A DNA stretch of 63,970 bases, filler included, from Klebsormidium nitens (lineage: Eukaryota > Plantae > Klebsormidiophyceae): the NCBI GenBank assembly GCA_000708835.1. It is 5 parts of 5 records of this genome, joined end to end, with 100 filler letters (N's around TTAATTAATTAA, not from the genome) between each part and the next. Parts side by side here need not be neighbours in the genome. Positions count along the whole stretch, not along the records: positions 1 to 21,380 come from DF237824.1; 4 more parts are not named here. The stretch is one strand, 5' to 3'. Positions within the stretch are counted from its first letter, which is position 1; each line of letters opens with the position of its first letter. Made by a program: the position numbers and the translations under genes. Below are positions 1 through 11,600 of the stretch, piece by piece. The notes beneath the pieces are model-generated. The model made no database searches. It was not told the DNA's origin and saw nothing but the letters and a program-made list of their open reading frames with translations.

Positions 1-340
1 CCGCTTCAGCAGGGGTGTACTACTTGCGCACCCTTCCATCTACGAACCCAACTCCGGTGACTGTATCCGTCAAGAGAGGCCGCAAAGAGAAGGAGAAAGT
101 AGATAAGGTGAAGGCGTGCAATGACGAGGTTTGTGTCAGTTGCTCAGGGTGAGGCAGAAGGAGCAGACGCAGCTTGGCCGGGAGGGGGCGTACATACATA
201 AATTCAGAACTAGGACACATTAGAACGAGCTTGTACGTTCTTTTTCTCCTTTTCGGAACATTTGGGACGCAGTGTGTAATGTACGATGGCTTCAATGGCT
301 TCAATGGCTTCCTTTGAAACCATTATACCTTCTTTTAGGT

Positions 341-1254
341 TCAAAGTTTTAGCTTTGCAATTCTGCTCCTGCCATCCTGAACCTCATCACCATTTTGCTC
401 CAATGCAATATTCAATCGAATAGCAAGCACTTGAACTGCAGCACCTACAAGTCCAGGGTTGGAGTGGCACTGCCTCTGAGAGCTCTGTTTTAGCATGTGC
501 TGAAGGCGGCTTCTGACATTGTCGATGGAATTCACCTCTAGTTGATACAGAGTTGGGTCCAATCTGCTGAGCAAGATAGAAAGAAGCTGTACCAGCAGCT
601 CTCCATGACGCTGATCCGTGATCAAGAATACTTTATTCAGAAGCTGCTGTGCTAAAGCAAAAGCATGCACTGTGTTCAGGGGTTGAGAAACTAGGTGGTT
701 GTCAGGAGACACGGTAGCAGCACCTCAAAGACATTCCATTTTCCCTCACTATTGTTACGGGCTAGCGATTCGCCGGTCTGGATAAGCACTTGCAAGACCA
801 AGCTGGGAGCCCATTCCTCCTGCCGGATGAACAGCGTGAAGCTCCTTATTTTCTGGCTAAAATGCTCAAAATCATCCTCTGACAGAGCGTCTACCCACAT
901 GTTGTACGTACAAAATAACTCTCTCATTGCACTACCGCTGAATTGTTCAAGGGATTCTAAGATGCTTCTGATCAACATGACACCTTGGTTCTGCCGAATG
1001 TGATCCAGTATTCGTGATTGTGATGGAAACAAGCCCTCTTCTCCATTCCACACTGCCATGCATTTGTTGATGTATGCGGCCATACCTTCAACGGTCAGAT
1101 CTCTATGCTCCATTGCTTTTTCAAGCCTGTGAAAGTGTTTCTCGCTGTTGGCGTCAGCAATCCTCCCTCGCAGATATGTGTGGCTGTAAGAACCACAACA
1201 GCTCAACATGTGGATGTCGTACCAGAACGATATTGTTTTCCTCCTTACATCCAC
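341..1254 (-). pseudogene. Overlapping orphan ORFs 691-1254 and 341-712, possibly one frameshifted helical protein gene
   Basis: Two same-strand ORFs overlap by 22 nt in different frames; both are Leu-rich and protein-like. No recognisable family. Confidence 0.3.
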
Positions 1255-1510
1255 GTTCAGGAAACATTATAAGACGCCAGTACACGTTCCCAGAAGGAGC
1301 ATCCCAAAGGAACCCAGGCTACCCACGAAGGCGCCATTCTTGTGCATTTGGTTTAGCGTTGCCCTTCTCTGGCAGGAGGGAACCAAAATAGCGCGGCACT
1401 GCTACAAAAACCCAGTGGGGTGGGTTTTAGGGCCTATGTATGTATCTGCATAAGGCATCCATATGGCACGCGTTGGAAGCTGTAAGATGCAAGGGTGGGA
1501 CCGTACCGCC

Positions 1511-2074
1511 CTAGAATCGGGTAGAGTTGCCAATCAGACGTCTCTTTTTACGTGGTAGATGAGCGTCTGGCACGTTGGGGAACCGTCTTGCGGGCAGGAG
1601 GCCCAGCATATTTTTTTCGTTCGCTTTCGAGCTTTTTAAGAAGGGTACGTACCTACCATCGTCCCTAAGATCTCCCTCCAATGATTGGGGCCATTTCTTT
1701 GCTGCCCCCCTGCCACCTATTGCCTCTACCCATCTACCAGACAACCATTCATAACCGTCGACCCAGAAGGGATCGTCTCCCTCCTCTGCTCTAACTCGAT
1801 CATATATACCATGAATGACGGTGCCAGCAGCAGGGTTTACGCACCTCATCTTTATGTATCGAATGGTATTACCGGTTGTGTATCTTGGAGCTTCAGAATG
1901 CTCCAAATCAACATGTGCATACCTCTTTGTATTGGGTTTGGGACCGGGGCCCCAGTACGATCCTCCGGACCACTGGAATCGTCCGTAGTTGCCAACGGAG
2001 GGTTCGTACGGCTCCTCATTGACATCATCATACAACCAAGAAGGATAGGCATTGGGCTGTTCCCAAGGAAACAC
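1511..2074 (-). CDS. Hypothetical 187-aa protein in the viral-like block
   Basis: ATG-initiated, intronless, protein-like composition, co-oriented with the SET gene; ends in a basic KKRR (NLS-like) motif. No family recognised. Confidence 0.5.
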   Translation of the reverse strand: MFPWEQPNAYPSWLYDDVNEEPYEPSVGNYGRFQWSGGSYWGPGPKPNTKRYAHVDLEHSEAPRYTTGNTIRYIKMRCVNPAAGTVIHGIYDRVRAEEGDDPFWVDGYEWLSGRWVEAIGGRGAAKKWPQSLEGDLRDDGRYVPFLKSSKANEKNMLGLLPARRFPNVPDAHLPRKKRRLIGNSTRF

Positions 2075-2125
2075 GATACCGGCCGGGAGCTCTAACCATG
2101 CGCGATCCTCAACAGGCGTGCTCCT

Positions 2126-2743
2126 CTAGTACGGGTTCTCTTTGCAGGAGCAATGGACATTCGAACCCCGGGGATAGTCTGATCGATCATTCTCTGGACC
2201 ATAGCAGAGCGTCAGTTCGTCTTTAGCTTTCAACGGGGCCCGCGTCCATATTTCCAAACGCTTACGGGGGAAGTTGCGTACCCAGAAACAGTTTGGGTGT
2301 CCCTTTGCTTTGTTCTGTTTCCCACTGGGTTCGTTGATGTATGGTGTAAGGTGATGAGCATATTGTGAAGCTACGTGCAGTCCAGTGTCATCAGAAGGAT
2401 CAATGACCGAATCGTCAAGCACGGTGCCGTCCTCTGGGTGGTAGTAGAAGAAGTCCATCGCATACTTGTGAGAGGCTTTCGTCCCACTTCTTTTGATCTT
2501 CCTGTTCTTTGTCAACGCATCCTTCCAATGATCAGCCGTGTATATCTTCCCCGGATAGGTGCCAACATAAGTACCCGCTGGGACCTCACCTTTGAGGGTT
2601 GCCTTCACACGTACTCCTACGCCCTTGCCTTCCCTTGAAGCATCATACTGTTCAAAGCAGTCAAGGTTGTCAAGAGCGTCCGTGCTGCTCGGGGCAATTG
2701 CTCCCGCTTCATGGTGTGGCAGGTCATCCCACATGTATATCAT
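2126..2743 (-). CDS. Stand-alone SET-domain lysine methyltransferase (viral-type, intronless)
   Basis: SET motifs in the correct order: GKGVGV (GxG), TYPG (YxG), PYINEP (RFINH-like), DELTLCYG (ELxxDYG-like) followed by a Tyr. No pre-SET or other chromatin domains. Confidence 0.85.
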   Translation of the reverse strand: MIYMWDDLPHHEAGAIAPSSTDALDNLDCFEQYDASREGKGVGVRVKATLKGEVPAGTYVGTYPGKIYTADHWKDALTKNRKIKRSGTKASHKYAMDFFYYHPEDGTVLDDSVIDPSDDTGLHVASQYAHHLTPYINEPSGKQNKAKGHPNCFWVRNFPRKRLEIWTRAPLKAKDELTLCYGPENDRSDYPRGSNVHCSCKENPY

Positions 2744-2832
2744 TGTTCATGATGCCTTACAAGAGAATCTTTCTAGTTGTATAGGCATTCGAAACCAGTG
2801 CTTTTCTGCATCCATAGCATGCGACGCTGAGT

Positions 2833-3147
2833 TTAAATGGAGTCATTAGTCGTTGCAAAGGGTGCACCGAATCGGCCCTCAACCTTGAAGGCTGTCTTTG
2901 GCCGTACAAATGGGGCATGTACCACATGGGCTACTTTTTCAATAGCCTTTCTGACCTTTTTCTTTGGTTTCGGCGGGTCATCATCTTTGATGTCTTCATT
3001 TTCAGCTTCAATGTCCTTGAAACCTTCATATGTTTGTGGTATGTATATCCCTCGAGGTACGTACCGCATCGTACATGGGTCCGTCATGAGAGTTGCCATA
3101 ACCGTGAATGCTATCAATGTGACTGCAAGCAGGGTCATTGCATCCAT
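2833..3147 (-). CDS. Small single-pass membrane protein, viral-like
   Basis: First in-frame ATG at 3147 (the ORF track starts at TTG 3198). Hydrophobic stretch TLLAVTLIAFTVMATLM, then YEGF and a charged tail, a layout typical of small nucleocytovirus membrane proteins. Confidence 0.5.
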   Translation of the reverse strand: MDAMTLLAVTLIAFTVMATLMTDPCTMRYVPRGIYIPQTYEGFKDIEAENEDIKDDDPPKPKKKVRKAIEKVAHVVHAPFVRPKTAFKVEGRFGAPFATTNDSI

Positions 3148-3394
3148 GCCGTCTTTCAATCTATCTAGATAAATGTTGGCTTTTGCCCGGTAGGTCAAGA
3201 AAGATTAGGGTCTTTGTGAGCTAATGCGAAAGTCATCCTTACCCTGTCGTTGAAGCAGATTCAGGTTCAGGCACAGCAGAGACTAAGAAGTTCTTTGTGC
3301 CCGCAAACTTTTGAGGCAGTGCAAGACTACCTAAGCACCTACGGAATGCGTTGTAGGGAATACTCTTTTTTGTTTTGTACTCAGGAGAGTCAAG

Positions 3395-3892
3395 ATGCGG
3401 GGGGTTCCTACCAGCAAAGAGGTCACGACATACGTGCTTGTAGACAACAGAAACAGGAATTCTAGTGACTCCTCTCCGTTCGACTTTCGAGTTAGCCTGT
3501 CGAGCGCCTCTACACCCTTTCAATTGATCTCTTCCATACGGCTTGTCCAGATGCAGATTGCGAAAATGCATGGCGAAGACTACTCAATCGTCAGCGTAGA
3601 ACCCATAGACGGTCGCGTGCAATGTGCTGGCAATGGCGGGACTGATGCATTTGCTGTTGCCATGTATAGCAATACGGACTATCTCTCATTGAACGTGCTG
3701 TGTGGAGACAATATAACGGGCGAGACGACGTTCGACCCGCCTCTTGCACGTCTAGACAACCTGCGCATCCGTCTCAAAAAGTATGATGGTAGTCTAATAA
3801 CGCAAGATGATGTCACAAACTCTGATGGGACCTTCAACGACAGAGTTATGATGACCTTTTCTATTGTGCACAAGAATTTGAACGTCCCCTGA
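3395..3892 (+). CDS. Single jelly-roll penton / minor capsid protein-like (nucleocytovirus or PLV type)
   Basis: 165 aa. N-terminal YVLVDNRNRN (xxIDSRxR-type), FxVxL, ISSIRLV, DYSIVSV, AFAV and C-terminal FDPPLARLDNLRIRLKKYDG match the pattern I recall for chlorovirus A310L-type pentons. Confidence 0.75.
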   Translation: MRGVPTSKEVTTYVLVDNRNRNSSDSSPFDFRVSLSSASTPFQLISSIRLVQMQIAKMHGEDYSIVSVEPIDGRVQCAGNGGTDAFAVAMYSNTDYLSLNVLCGDNITGETTFDPPLARLDNLRIRLKKYDGSLITQDDVTNSDGTFNDRVMMTFSIVHKNLNVP

Positions 3893-4011
3893 TATAAAGT
3901 TGAATGTTGTTGATGCCGCTGAGGCCGCAATTGTGCCAGCCATGTGCAGAGCTGCTTGCTGTGGAGCATTTACAACACAATTGTCCTTGCGGCCGACTCT
4001 TTTGCCTCTCT

Positions 4012-4356
4012 CTAGTCGTCGAGCAGCCTGCTTAGACGTTGGAGACTGGGCTTTGGAGGAAGGGCTTTAAACTTCATGCTGAATCCATTATCAATTTCGT
4101 CAGGAGGATCGATTACCGCTATAGCTGCTGCTTCCAAGCTGTCAATATTCTTTTGGGAATCAGCAGCGGTGCGCTTTGCTGCTCTGGTGGCTCTTGGTGA
4201 GGGAGTCATGACCCTCAGCATGTCCTGCAAAAGATGGCACTCGGGTCTTTTTTCTAGTCGCTTTTCTCTCCCAATGTCCACTTGCAACAAAGACATATAA
4301 CCTCTAACACGCAACACGTAGTCAATCTTACGCCCCCGTTCAAGTAGTAAAGTCAT
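4012..4356 (-). CDS. Hypothetical 114-aa protein
   Basis: ATG-initiated intronless ORF lying downstream of an AT-rich island; no family recognised. Confidence 0.35.
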   Translation of the reverse strand: MTLLLERGRKIDYVLRVRGYMSLLQVDIGREKRLEKRPECHLLQDMLRVMTPSPRATRAAKRTAADSQKNIDSLEAAAIAVIDPPDEIDNGFSMKFKALPPKPSLQRLSRLLDD

Positions 4357-4424
4357 GAGTCGACGAGCAGCACATACTGTACGTCATCTTGCTTCACTTT
4401 GAAGCAGGCCGAGGCTGGCCTCTA

Positions 4425-4580
4425 AGTATGTTTAAAACCGATAAAAATAAAGGTTAAAACATGTTTTGTCGTTGTTTTAAACATGTTACTTTTATTTATT
4501 AAAAACATTATTTTGGAGGCCGCTAGTACGGTCCCCCTTGTCCTTGCTTTTCAAAGTTTTAAACATGTTTAACACCGTTA
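4425..4580. repeat. AT-rich island with three AACATGTT palindromes forming an imperfect inverted repeat
   Basis: AAAACATGTTTT (~4457), TAAACATGTTA (~4478) and TAAACATGTTTA (~4560) amid runs of A/T, in otherwise ~50% GC DNA. Confidence 0.6.
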
Positions 4581-5629
4581 GTCAAAGGGTCCCTAAGCCA
4601 AACAATGCCTACAATAGGTCGGATGGGTCCTACTCTTTATAAGGCAATCGACTATGAGAATCAAACATCAAATTTGATGCCGATATCCAAGTTGAACGTT
4701 GTTTTACAAAATATAATATGAGCTTTTTTGCAGTCGAGTTGCCACCCCGGGGCGGCGAGCAAAGGCGCCCAACGCAGTGCAAAATGCTTATCGGGCTCCG
4801 AGCATGTAGGTGCGTGCATGGCAAGCCCTGGGGCTGTAGCCAGGCGTGACAATCAAACTGTCGTGCAATATCTAAGCCGACTCAATCAATCAGCGGACGG
4901 AACGTGTTGTGCACCATTTTTGAAACCCTTATCTAGCAGAAACGTTGATTGCACAGCTTCTACGGTGAGTTACTCATCTACATCATCGTAGACACTGATA
5001 CCCAATAAAGGAGCTAGTTGTACAAGCCAAATCACGTTGACTGAGCTTGGCTCTAGAGGGTTGTCGATTGCTGATCGATTATGCACCTTCACCAAGTTGC
5101 GGTTTGGCGTAACTTAGCGTGTCTAACGGCTCATCTTACGAGTACGGGTCTCGTCACAAACGCTCGAGTTCAGGTGGACAGCCGAGAGTAGGTGCTAGTC
5201 TCGCTTGAATGTAAGGTTTCCAACCTAAGTTTTCAAAGAAGAAAAAACAGCACACAATTTTGGTGCAGTAAACAACGTGAGAATGCAGCTTGTGTATTGT
5301 CATTAGCAAGGAACTTGCTGTGAAAAAAAACGGCTATATTGCAACTTACAAAGGCTACGACATATGCAAGTGGCTGAAGTGTAGATGCAAAGAAGCCACA
5401 ATATACAATTTTTGAAAAGTGCGACACCAGGTGCCACGTTAAATATAAAACGTGAGTAACACTTGCTAATTATTGGTGAACAGAAACGGTAAGAGCTACT
5501 TCGTACCGACTACCAGCAAGTAAATACATCTTCTCAACGATTCCAGAATCAGGAAATAATGATCGCGACTCTAGTCTTTGATTAACCAGGTCCCCCATGC
5601 AAGTCGTACATCCTTGGATGGAAGATACG

Positions 5630-8600
5630 CTATCTGTCTTCGTTTGGCCCAATTGTCCTACTTATGCCTCTATCCTGGCAAACGTACTTGACCAACAGCA
5701 GCTGTAGGTGCTTCTTTTGGAGGGGCTTTGGCTGCAGGGTAGCAATACCAAACACAATAAGTACGAATCACACCTTGCCAAGGTCCACCTCCAAGCCTTG
5801 TTTCAAGCAACTAAGCAAGGGTAGCCTCTCAATCAAAGTGGTAACAATCGCTACCCGCCTGAACCTAAGATATTCCCAATACAAAGCAAGCCTAAGCAAG
5901 TGTAGGCAAGCCTAAGCAAGCGTGGTAATAGACGCCCCTGCCCCGACGGAACTCGAACCCCCATCGCTGGAAAGACATACATGCCCCCAGTCGAACCTGA
6001 AAAACCCTCACCCGAAACCGGCGGCAGCGCGCTTGGAAGAGCAGCACCCTCGTCAAACGACAAGGGAAGGGCCACCACTAATGTCATTCCCCCGCCCCGA
6101 CATAAGAAAGCTTAGCTCCACTCACCAGAAAGTCGTCCATCCCTGCGGCCATGCATTGCTCCCGGCAGCCCTTCATGACGTCTGCCGTCAGGGCAATGAT
6201 TGGCACCCGGCACAGCCCGCAGGCTGTCTCCTCGAAGAGCTGGCCAGCGGACACGCCGTTGAGAACGTGGTGAAGGGTTCTGTTGGCGCGCTCGTGGGGA
6301 CAGCGGCTCAGCTCATCGAGCCTGATGCGGATGGTTGCTTCGTAGCCTGCACATGTGCAGGTTCTGTGCTTTCAGTCTGGTGTGTTACGGTCTTAAACTT
6401 CGCTGTAAGCACGCAAAACGTCCAAACGATCATCGAACCTCACGGAAATCAATGCTACAAGCCCGCAGAAGGTAATCATATGCGGATTTGAAACAGCCAT
6501 GGATAGCCTGGAACGTAATCGTGGCCACATGAAAAGCACAGGATTCCGCTTTGTATCCCAGCGCGGTATGCTGCTCCTCAGCTTGCATTGATTTGCAGAC
6601 GGAAATCGAACCAGCTGCATACGGTATTGTCTTGAAGGCTGAGTGGGCAAGGCCACTTTGAAAGGCATCTTCTTTGATGTGGTAAGGCGCCACATGCTAG
6701 CCGACTTTTCAGTGCTTTCGTCAATCAATCAGGACTTCAAAACGCAGAGTACCACTGCCTTCAGCTACGCCTTCCTGCGCTACATATTCACTAGCAGCCG
6801 AGCTACTGAACCTTTGATTTTGAAAAACGAGGCTCGATCTTTCGAAATCGTTTGCGACACTTGACTGTCACAAACACATCGACACGGCGTTCTTCCATAA
6901 TCCCGTCCCTTTATCTCTGAAGCATTCTTCCGTGAAGACAGCTGTTCAGTCGTACTCAAACGAAGTCCAAACACGTTAGCGTTGAGCAAAACAGGAGAAG
7001 CAGAAAACGGATGCCACAGCAGACCGAAAGAGAAAGGAGCGGACGAAGGCTCCATACCGTCCATGTCCGGCATCTGGACGTCCATGAATACAATGGCGAT
7101 GCGATTGCCGTTGGTAAGCGCTTCCGCACGCATCAGCTCAACGCCTTGCTGGCCGCTTGACACTGCGGCGACGTCCAAGCCCATGTTCTCCAGCAGTCGG
7201 GTCACCACCTTTCGGTTGATGCAGCCATCGTCCACGACCTAAGGTGGAGAGGGCTTTTCAGACAAGGCCTGCGAAGCAACCTGTCAAATGACGCCCTAAA
7301 TAGGCTGTGCATCGCCGTTTGGGTCTTTTAGGAATATGGTTCAAGGATAACCACCTAAAACGATAACCCCTTGGAAGTAGGTCTGTAATTCGTTCGACAT
7401 AACATCGCCCGCAGCTCCATACGCGTCGAAGCATCCTCGTTAGAGTCACTAAGGGATTGCAAGAAGCTGAACTACCAGAAAGAGACACAAACAGATCAAA
7501 CTATTCCAAAGAATCATGAAGTTGCGTTCTTCGTATGAGCCGGGGTCCTGAAAGGGCACCGTAGATTCAAATAATTCTGATGGACGGTTCACAGGACACC
7601 GAAAGATGGCAGCGCTACCAGCTGGCAGACTTGCCATGTTATTGCATTCCAAGAAGAGTTCTGGTCTTGGCGCTACTCTGCAAGTCTGATCGAGAAGGAT
7701 TTCGGAGCAACGTCTGTTGTGGGCCGACCAATGTCAAAACTTCAATAGTTCGGCTGCCCATGCACTCTTGTTGACAAATAAAGAGAAATGGCCGACTTAC
7801 TATTACCAAATCGAACCGCGCAGCGGGCCTTGATAGATGCTCTTATTTTGGAGTCAATTCTTGATGGTTAAATGAACCTAGATTCTGGGGATATCGGTGC
7901 ACAAGCTTGAAAGAAAGGAGAGGAGAATCACGTAGGTTGGAGAGTGAGCCATTGTCAAGAACCAGTCAAAATGATGATCAGGGTGAGAAAGATGTAAAGA
8001 AGCAGTGGTTGCAGAGAGGCATCTCACCAGCGCCCGCGCCCTTTTAAGTCGCAACAGGTCCCCTGCCATCGCTTGCCCGGTGGGGTTCTCCTTCGGCATG
8101 GCCAGAGAAAGGGCCCTATTCACCGCGCTCAGAAGCACGCTCCGTCTGACAGGCCGCAGTAGCACGCTGTCCAAACCCGCCGACAGGGCCTCCGCTTTGA
8201 CGTGTTTGTCTTGGTAGCTCAGAATGCCGACCATTGCACAGTCCTTGCCCCCCGGCTGCGACTGTATCCAGCCAACCAACTTGAACACCGCGAGCCTCTG
8301 AAGTGGGTCGTCTAAGGAGAGGAAGTAGACCCTCTTCTGTGGGCCAGACGGTGGCCAGTCCATGTGCAGGCGGGCTGAGACCATAGGGAGGGGGACGAAG
8401 TCGTCGACAGGGCAGCCCAGCCAGCGGAGGGAGCTGGCAAGAACCTCGTGGTGGACCGCGTCCCTGGAGGCAGTGTGAGGGTTACGGTAAGCCTTTGTTT
8501 TGGTTTGAATAAGCCAGGTTGGATAAGAACTGGGACATTAAAACCCTGGATACAAACCCACGAGCTCCGTTCTGTACCTGTACCCACCCTCATTCCCGAA

Positions 8601-11600
8601 CTAACCCCACTCATCCTCCGCGTACTGACCTTTCAACCTGGCTGTTATTCAACCTGCAATCGATGATTTCCAGGTTACGGTCGGTAAGCTTACAGGGGAC
8701 TCATCAGTTGATCGAGCTTAGGGTAGCAGGCAGGGTCGAATGATATCGAGTGAGGCCGTTTCATCCGGATCCTCCTCGAACGCAATGCTTAGGACCAAGG
8801 ATCCGGGCAGTGTCACAGACCCGAATTGCTGGCTAGGTTCAGGGTCAGCTTCACGGCCACAGTCAGTTTCATGCGAAGTTCGAGGACGAAGGATTGATTC
8901 CTGATTCATCCTGTTAAGGTTCAACATACAAAAGTCAGGCTTTCCGAAATGACTACAGAACAACCGCGACTTCTGAGGTCAGCGTAAAAGAAGTCTTACT
9001 GCGGCTCTGAGAAACGAGTGTGCAAGTTTAAGGTCGGACTTATTGTCAGAATCCGAGCTTGCAAGGTCCTGAGCTGTGCAAGACGGGCCGTGTAAGGGTG
9101 ATCTGCCGACCAATTAAACAACGTGACATTGAAGTACTGGGGTTGCCTTTAACGTTGTTGGGCCCCACTGCAAAGCGTATCGGAGAGTATGTCTTTAAAA
9201 GTGCGCAAAAACACCGGTGTGCTTTGAGGTCGAGACCAGTATAAATACAGAACAATAGTACTTCGTACAAGTGGTGAAGCCAGCTTCTGGAGAACATCCA
9301 AGGGGTGTCACTTGGCGCCAGTATGTACACTTGGGGACTTAGGAGCTTTCCAGATGATTCCATAATTGGTGTCCCTTGGACTTATCTACACGTGTAACTT
9401 CCCACCGCCAACCCCATTCCCTTTTCGTCCCTTCACAGACTGGAAACGAAGACCCAACACTTTCTTGAAACCCCAGATTCACACAAATAGATCAGATTTC
9501 AAACACTTGAGTACATGTCCGTATTGGTTCTGCTTGAACAAGGCGTTTACAGTCCTGACGAAAGCCTCACCTTTCCACAACCACCACGCGCAGCTCGTGG
9601 AGCTCTCGGGACACGTTTCTGGCCTTTCCAACTCCAACCATCACATCGAACTGGAATGTGCTCCCCACACCCTCCCGTGTCGCCACCGAAATCTCACCCC
9701 CCATAAGGCGTATCAGCTTCTGGCAGATCGACAGCCCGATCCCGGTCCCGCCATACTTTCTGCTCGTCGTTGCATCCGCTTGCAGGAACGGTGTGAACAG
9801 CCGCAGCTGTGCGCTTGGCGCGATTCCGATGCCGGTGTCGGAACAGGAGACAACCAGCCTCAGCTTGGTCCGATTGTGAAGCACACTCTGCTGGAAGTTG
9901 TGGTGACTCGCCCTCCTCATTCGCAGCACGTCTGTCGCCGAGGTGACCACCCCTGGCTGCATGCTTGGCGTCTCCAGCTGATCGAAGTTCACCCACCGGA
10001 CGAGCGGCCTGCCCGAAGGACTATTGGTAGTGCCGGCGTCGCTCTCCGCTGGACTCCACTCTTCTTCTTGCAACTCCGTGCAGCTCCCCACTTGCACGCA
10101 CAGCAAAATCCCCCCGGCCTTCGTGAATTTCATCGCGTTGGAGAGCAGATTATTCAGCACCTGTTTGAACCGGTTTGGGTCCCCAACCAGTTGCTCTGGG
10201 ACCGAGTCCTGCACGAGCGCGTTGAGCCCCAGACCCTGTTGCCGCGCCTGTTCCGCGAAGGAGTGAAGCAGCTCGCTGACTTCGGATCGTACTTCGAACT
10301 CGACCGAGTCCTCGATATCCATGTGGCCCGCTTCAATCTGCAGAACCAAATAAAAAAGGAATGTACAGTCTAGCCTACCGGGCTGATCAGCTGCAGACCT
10401 GGAACCAGGACGCCGACAAACAAAAGCGAATCCTCGCCCTTCCACAACGGATGGTCGTGGCATTCGAGTATCGAACCCACAACCGTTCGGGACACCATTT
10501 CCAGTGTGCTAGCAGTAAGCACTACGCTCTAAACAGCTGAGCTACCCCGAGGCGGGACTTTGATCTGCAGAACCAAGCGACTGGCATCATACAAACTTCT
10601 GGTGTGCTCTTCGAAGAAAGGAAGGTTGTCAGATCAGAGCCCTTTTAGCCTTGCTACCTCCGAAACGGTATGACTCTGAACCACACCGGACTTGCCAGAG
10701 TCCCCCACTGACATTCGCCCTGCCTCATGTGCCGGGGGACAATGACGACCTCTGACATCACAGCTGAAGATCACTGCTTCGTCTTGACTCTTAGAATAGT
10801 TACTCAGAACATACGAACAGCAGCTGCACCGAGAAATCTGTATCAAGGACGGACAAGCAACAACACAAGGCCCAACCAATATTCAAAGTAGCGAGGTCCA
10901 GAAAACGTCTTTGTAACGTGAGCAGAACGAATCGATCGAGGAATTTGTTCTTCTTGTGAAAGACCACCGACTGAAAACCATGAAGGACTTTTCCCAGCAA
11001 GTCAATGTGTTGCAATTCATGTACCTTTTCAATTAGCAAACCAGGACCAACCTAGATGAAACCTGCCAGTTGCAATCCGACATGAGCCAGAAAAGGGGTG
11101 CAACTCCCGAAAAGAAGTATCATCTGCATTTTACCTGCAATGAACAGTCGCATCCCATGCCGGGTCCGCGCTTGTTGCCAAGTGGGACCCGCTCGAGAAT
11201 TCAAAACGTCCGGTTGAGGACCAGATTTTAGTACACCGCTTTAACAAAAGCAACCAACGTCATTACAGAAGAAGGAGCAGCAGCTGACAATCCCACATAG
11301 AGGTATCTACCTCACACGTCAACGTCACGTACCTTCGACATGTCCAGAATGTTCGATATGAGCGACAGAAGCGTTGCGCCTGACACCAGTGCGGTCTGCA
11401 CGTAATCCTGCTGTACTGCGCTCAGGGGGGTGTCCATCAGAAGCGTGTTCATTCCTATGATGCCGTTGCAGGGCGTGCGAATCTCGTGCGACATGGTCGC
11501 AAGGAAGGTGCTCTTGGACCGGTCCGCCGATTCAGCCGCAATCGTTGCCAGTACGAGTTGCTGCATTGCAGGAAAAGTGCAGTTGTGTTGACTCCCTGAT

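Larger units (their letters stand above)
1..4600. mobile_element. Endogenous viral element fragment (nucleocytovirus-like): compact intronless ORFs, left end beyond the window
   Basis: Closely packed intronless ORFs (20-304, 341-1254, 1511-2074, 2126-2743, 2833-3198, 3395-3892, 4012-4356), including a penton-like and a stand-alone SET protein. An AT-rich palindromic island at about 4425-4580 marks the edge. Contrasts with the intron-rich host gene that follows in the same contig. Confidence 0.65.

Noticed and set aside
1930-1975. YWGPG motif in the 1511-2074 ORF resembling parvoviral/adintoviral phospholipase A2 (YxGPG)
   Set aside because: The catalytic HD dyad and downstream DxxAxxHDxxY pattern are absent (AHVDLEH).
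5940-5990. B-box-like GGTTCGAGTTCC on the minus strand (second tRNA relic)
   Set aside because: No A-box or cloverleaf could be built.
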